64,000 nucleotides of DNA from an uncultured Bacteriovoracaceae bacterium (GTDB lineage: Bacteria > Bdellovibrionota > Bacteriovoracia > Bacteriovoracales > Bacteriovoracaceae): contig CAXGUD010000015.1 in the NCBI GenBank assembly GCA_964012805.1, positions 23,419-87,418 of the forward strand, in the 5' to 3' direction. The notes below the pieces were generated by a model. That model had not been told where the DNA came from. It made no database searches and worked only from the letters and a program-made list of their open reading frames with translations. Shown here piece by piece: positions 60,698-64,000 of this stretch (the first letter of the stretch is position 1; each line of letters opens with the position of its first letter). Made by a program: the position numbers and the translations under genes.

Positions 60698-60788
60698 AAC
60701 ATCCTTCCAGCCTGTTTTTGTCGGTCTTTGGGATTGCCATAGAAAATTAAAAAAAAGAAGTCCAAGCTTCTTAAACATCATAAGTTGC

Positions 60789-60815
60789 TAAGGCCTCTGT
60801 TAATTTTTCCGATAA
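60789..60815 (+). promoter_or_regulatory. Putative sigma28 (FliA) promoter for cheY
   Basis: TAAG-N15-TCCGATAA ending 48 nt before the cheY start. Confidence 0.65.
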
Positions 60816-60863
60816 TTTATTCTGATTGGTGAACTAGGAAACCCATAAGGTGGAAGGCAAGTC

Positions 60864-61262
60864 ATGAGTTTAAATCCAGATATTAAAGTTCTCATAATTG
60901 ATGACATGAAAACCCTCCTTTTAACATATAAGAAAATGTTAAAAACGCTAGGTCTGTCAAATATATCCTCGGCATTTGATGGCGACATGGGGTGGAAGAT
61001 GATTCGAGAAGCCTATGAGCAGGACGACCCTTTCCAACTCATTATTTCTGATTGGAATATGCCTAAAATGACTGGCCTTGAACTCCTTAAAGCTGTGAGA
61101 AAGGATGAGAACCTTAAAGAGACTCCTTTTATTATGATCACAGGGGAAAATGCTGAGGGTAATGTTGTGATCGCTGTTAGAGAAGGCGTCAATAATTTTA
61201 TAGCAAAACCCATTACAAAAGATATTCTGGAATTCAAAATTCAAAAAGTCTTTGAAAAATAA
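60864..61262 (+). CDS. cheY: Chemotaxis response regulator CheY
   Basis: IIDDM, ISDWNMPKMTGLELLKAVR, PFIMIT, FIAKP. Confidence 0.8.
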   Translation: MSLNPDIKVLIIDDMKTLLLTYKKMLKTLGLSNISSAFDGDMGWKMIREAYEQDDPFQLIISDWNMPKMTGLELLKAVRKDENLKETPFIMITGENAEGNVVIAVREGVNNFIAKPITKDILEFKIQKVFEK

Positions 61263-62226
61263 CAAAAGTAACAAAGAAAAAAAGATAGAAATGAAAGAGC
61301 TTCCCCAATTAAAGGGACTTAAAAAAGATCTCAAAAGTCTGGGCCTCCATTATCAAATACACTTCGCAAACAAAACAACCTCTTTTCAAAAGAGTGTTTC
61401 ACTCATAGTTCAGGGGAGAAACGAGTCAACCCTGATGTATGAACATTTAATTCCATTTTTTACAGAAAAAAATAACAAAGATTTATTCCTTTATGATTTA
61501 AGAGGGCAGGGACAATCAAAAGGAGTCAGGGCCCATATAGACTCTTTTCAAGATTATATAAAAGACTTAGAGGCAATCGTTTTAGCATTAAGGAAAATTT
61601 ACCAAACCATTCACCTCATTACTCATTCAACTGGTGGACTTATTGCGACACTTTTTTCAACACTAAACCAAGAAAAGCTTGGAAAAGGGGGGACTTTGAG
61701 TCTCATCTCTCCTTTTTTAGGATTGAAATCTACTGGGATCCAACAATTTTTAGTCAATAAAAAGCTCTTAACAGTTAGTCAGACTTACGATGCCCTTTTC
61801 CGATTCTTTCCTAAACTTAAATTGAGGCGCTTTGAGTTTTCCAAAACAGACAATTTTAAAGAGAGTTCACTTACGACTGACCCAACTTTTTTTAGGGAGT
61901 TTAATGAGCACCCTTCAAAGTGTGGACCTCCCACCTGGTGGTGGCTTAACCAATGTTTTAAGGCGCAAATGTCTTTAAAAACCGTCACGATGGCCATCAA
62001 AATCCCCGTCTTTATAGCTGTCGCTAATAAAGACACCGTCGTTGAAAATAAAGCCGCTTGGCATTTTTACCTAAGAGGAAAAAGGGCCCATAGACCTTGG
62101 AAGCTAAAAGAGTTTAGAGGAATGAAGCACGCTCTTTTTCAAGCCCCTCCCCTGACAAGAGAGAGGCTTATGGATGATCTGATTAAATTCCAAAATAACC
62201 CGAAACGTTTTCTTACTTCACGTTAA
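61252..62226 (+). CDS. Lysophospholipase-like alpha/beta hydrolase
   Basis: G..E....Y, DLRGQGQS.G.RAHIDSF.DY, HSTGG, DTVV, KHAL. Confidence 0.8.
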   Translation: MKNNKSNKEKKIEMKELPQLKGLKKDLKSLGLHYQIHFANKTTSFQKSVSLIVQGRNESTLMYEHLIPFFTEKNNKDLFLYDLRGQGQSKGVRAHIDSFQDYIKDLEAIVLALRKIYQTIHLITHSTGGLIATLFSTLNQEKLGKGGTLSLISPFLGLKSTGIQQFLVNKKLLTVSQTYDALFRFFPKLKLRRFEFSKTDNFKESSLTTDPTFFREFNEHPSKCGPPTWWWLNQCFKAQMSLKTVTMAIKIPVFIAVANKDTVVENKAAWHFYLRGKRAHRPWKLKEFRGMKHALFQAPPLTRERLMDDLIKFQNNPKRFLTSR

Positions 62227-63523
62227 TGACGGTAGGGGTACCGTATTCTTCCGCCTTGCCTAAAACTGCGTTAATTTTAGTGATGGTTATTTTATCATCT
62301 TCGAAACGGACCTTTAAGTACTTACTGTAAGAGGGTGATCCTGAAAGATAGACTGGAATCTTTTTTCGTCCACTTCCTTGGTAATTCCTCCAAAAGCCAT
62401 TGATAGCATGATAATGACCTGTGAAAACGACTGGGCATTTAGCCCCACTATTTGTACACATATCCACAAGTTTTTTCTGATCTTCTTTTTTAAAGTACTC
62501 CTTTGGGTCATGCCAATTAAAAATATAAATCTTATTAGGGTTCGTTTTCAAAAGCTTTTCAACCCACCCCATAGAGGAACTCACATTCACGTGATCACGC
62601 CTCGCCTTAGCAAAATTCCAGCCATGAAAACTTTTTTTCCATGTTGGATAGTTATGAAGTTGCACGAATCGGTAAGGTCCAATATCAAAAGCATAACCAA
62701 AACTTCCATTGTACTGAAACCTCCGGCTAGGAAATTTATAAAAACTTTTTGTATTGTAATCACTCGCTATTGGGTTAAAGCTTGGAATTCTATCCACCAT
62801 GTACTGTACCATTCTTCGAGCACAATTATTAGTCCAACAATCGTCCACATTATTTTTTCCATAGTCATGGTTCCCAAGACCCGGGTAGAGGTTATGCTTA
62901 AAACTATGGGACTCGTAATAGGAAATATATTTTTTATATTCATGTTCGTGACCAAAGGCAGTTAAATCACCATTAATGATGACACCTCCAAACTGAGAAA
63001 AAGGTATTTGATTTACAAGAGTATTGATGCTTTTTACGTGCCAGTCATTTGTCAATATCCCTTGGGGTTGCTCTCCACTTTTTCTGTTTTTACACTCATC
63101 TGTGTGACAGGCCCAGTAAAGTTGAGGGTCACTCATTAAGACCATCGTGAAATCATTTTGCTCAAATGAGCTATACTTAATCCAGGAAATTTTATCATTC
63201 ATATGGTTTCCCACCCAGGAAACATCTCTAAAATAGCTCCTGCAAGGACCTCCGTGATTGTGGGTACAAACATGCACTTTTCCATTTTTTGGAACCCAAA
63301 TAGAACTTGCTTTATCATTCCATCCCTTGTGCGTTGGACTTTTCTTGCTAGGGCAAAACTCCCATCTTTTCCCTTTGAAGTGAGCATGTTCAAAAAGGTA
63401 AGCGCAGCTATTATTTCTAACAAAAGTAGAAGGTTTTGGTTTTGGTTTGGATTTCGATCTTCTTCCCCCACTGTAAGTATCTAAACAGAACATGATAATA
63501 ACAAGTGGTAGTATAATTTTCAT
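62213..63523 (-). CDS. Exported calcineurin-like metallophosphoesterase with N-terminal beta/gamma-crystallin domain
   Basis: LFEH..F.G, WNDKASS, MNDKISW; SDPQ, NGDLT, GNHDY, GHYH. Confidence 0.8.
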   Translation of the reverse strand: MKIILPLVIIMFCLDTYSGGRRSKSKPKPKPSTFVRNNSCAYLFEHAHFKGKRWEFCPSKKSPTHKGWNDKASSIWVPKNGKVHVCTHNHGGPCRSYFRDVSWVGNHMNDKISWIKYSSFEQNDFTMVLMSDPQLYWACHTDECKNRKSGEQPQGILTNDWHVKSINTLVNQIPFSQFGGVIINGDLTAFGHEHEYKKYISYYESHSFKHNLYPGLGNHDYGKNNVDDCWTNNCARRMVQYMVDRIPSFNPIASDYNTKSFYKFPSRRFQYNGSFGYAFDIGPYRFVQLHNYPTWKKSFHGWNFAKARRDHVNVSSSMGWVEKLLKTNPNKIYIFNWHDPKEYFKKEDQKKLVDMCTNSGAKCPVVFTGHYHAINGFWRNYQGSGRKKIPVYLSGSPSYSKYLKVRFEDDKITITKINAVLGKAEEYGTPTVINVK

Positions 63524-63724
63524 TGTTATCTCCTCTCAAAACTTCTAAAGCCTAATTACTTCCTATTTTTAACTTTTTTTAGAATTAGAGAAAAAAAAAG
63601 TTATTTTTATCATTTAAAGTCAGTTTTTTTTTATACTTACAATTCCTTTAAACCGGCCACACCATTTTTTTAATGCCTAAATTAATTTGCTTTCTAAAAC
63701 CTTTTCTAGATAAAGGTCCATAAA

Positions 63725-64000
63725 TTAAAAGTCTTTATAAGTCTTTCCCTCTAGTTTATCTCCATAAGTCAATAAAAGCCTTGAAAAAAGCATTTTCTTT
63801 GCATGATCAGACCTTTGTAACTTAATAATTTCAATTGATTTATCAAAAACATCTTGAGAGGGTTTTTTACCAACATAGATATGAAACATCATACTTGTTG
63901 TCATAATACCTTCTGGATCTTCTTTAGAGGAATCTGCATTTAACGTCGCAATAATATCTGGATAGACTTCATTCCTCACAAAATCCTTATCTTTTATTAC
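63725..64000 (-). CDS. Hypothetical protein, partial (start outside window)
   Basis: Reading frame stays open from 63979 to the window edge (VIKDKDFVRNE...). Confidence 0.6.
   Translation of the reverse strand, partial: VIKDKDFVRNEVYPDIIATLNADSSKEDPEGIMTTSMMFHIYVGKKPSQDVFDKSIEIIKLQRSDHAKKMLFSRLLLTYGDKLEGKTYKDF

Noticed and set aside
62378..62965. 195 aa plus-strand ORF, and the many other short nested ORFs in the track
   Set aside because: These are shadow frames inside well-supported genes.

Overview
AT-rich bacterial chromosomal window with no rRNA, tRNA, CRISPR array or mobile element that I could recognise. The gene content (TIGR02147-type regulator, FecR protein, many orphan CheY-like regulators, secreted hydrolases, transglutaminase-elicitor proteins) suggests a predatory Bdellovibrionota such as Bacteriovoracaceae/Halobacteriovorax; this is inference. 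Housekeeping genes include ptrB, rarA, folE2, ribD, msrA, phrB, thpR, dnaJ and fliG. The most notable items are: (1) a 25.5-36 kb signalling locus with two paralogous membrane-anchored, sensor-fused CheA-type kinases, each with two Hpt motifs and no CheW domain, arranged divergently around a CheY, plus a His-less pseudokinase and a solute-binding protein; (2) three tandem 50-57 aa Cys-containing lipoproteins, two of them absent from the ORF track; (3) a convergent pair of GP42-type transglutaminases; (4) an exported GH1 plus sulfoquinovosidase-like GH31 pair; (5) an ammonium transporter-histidine kinase fusion; (6) a GTDC1/QTMAN-like glycosyltransferase near folE2; (7) scattered sigma28-type promoters. 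All family calls come from reading motifs by eye, not from database searches.
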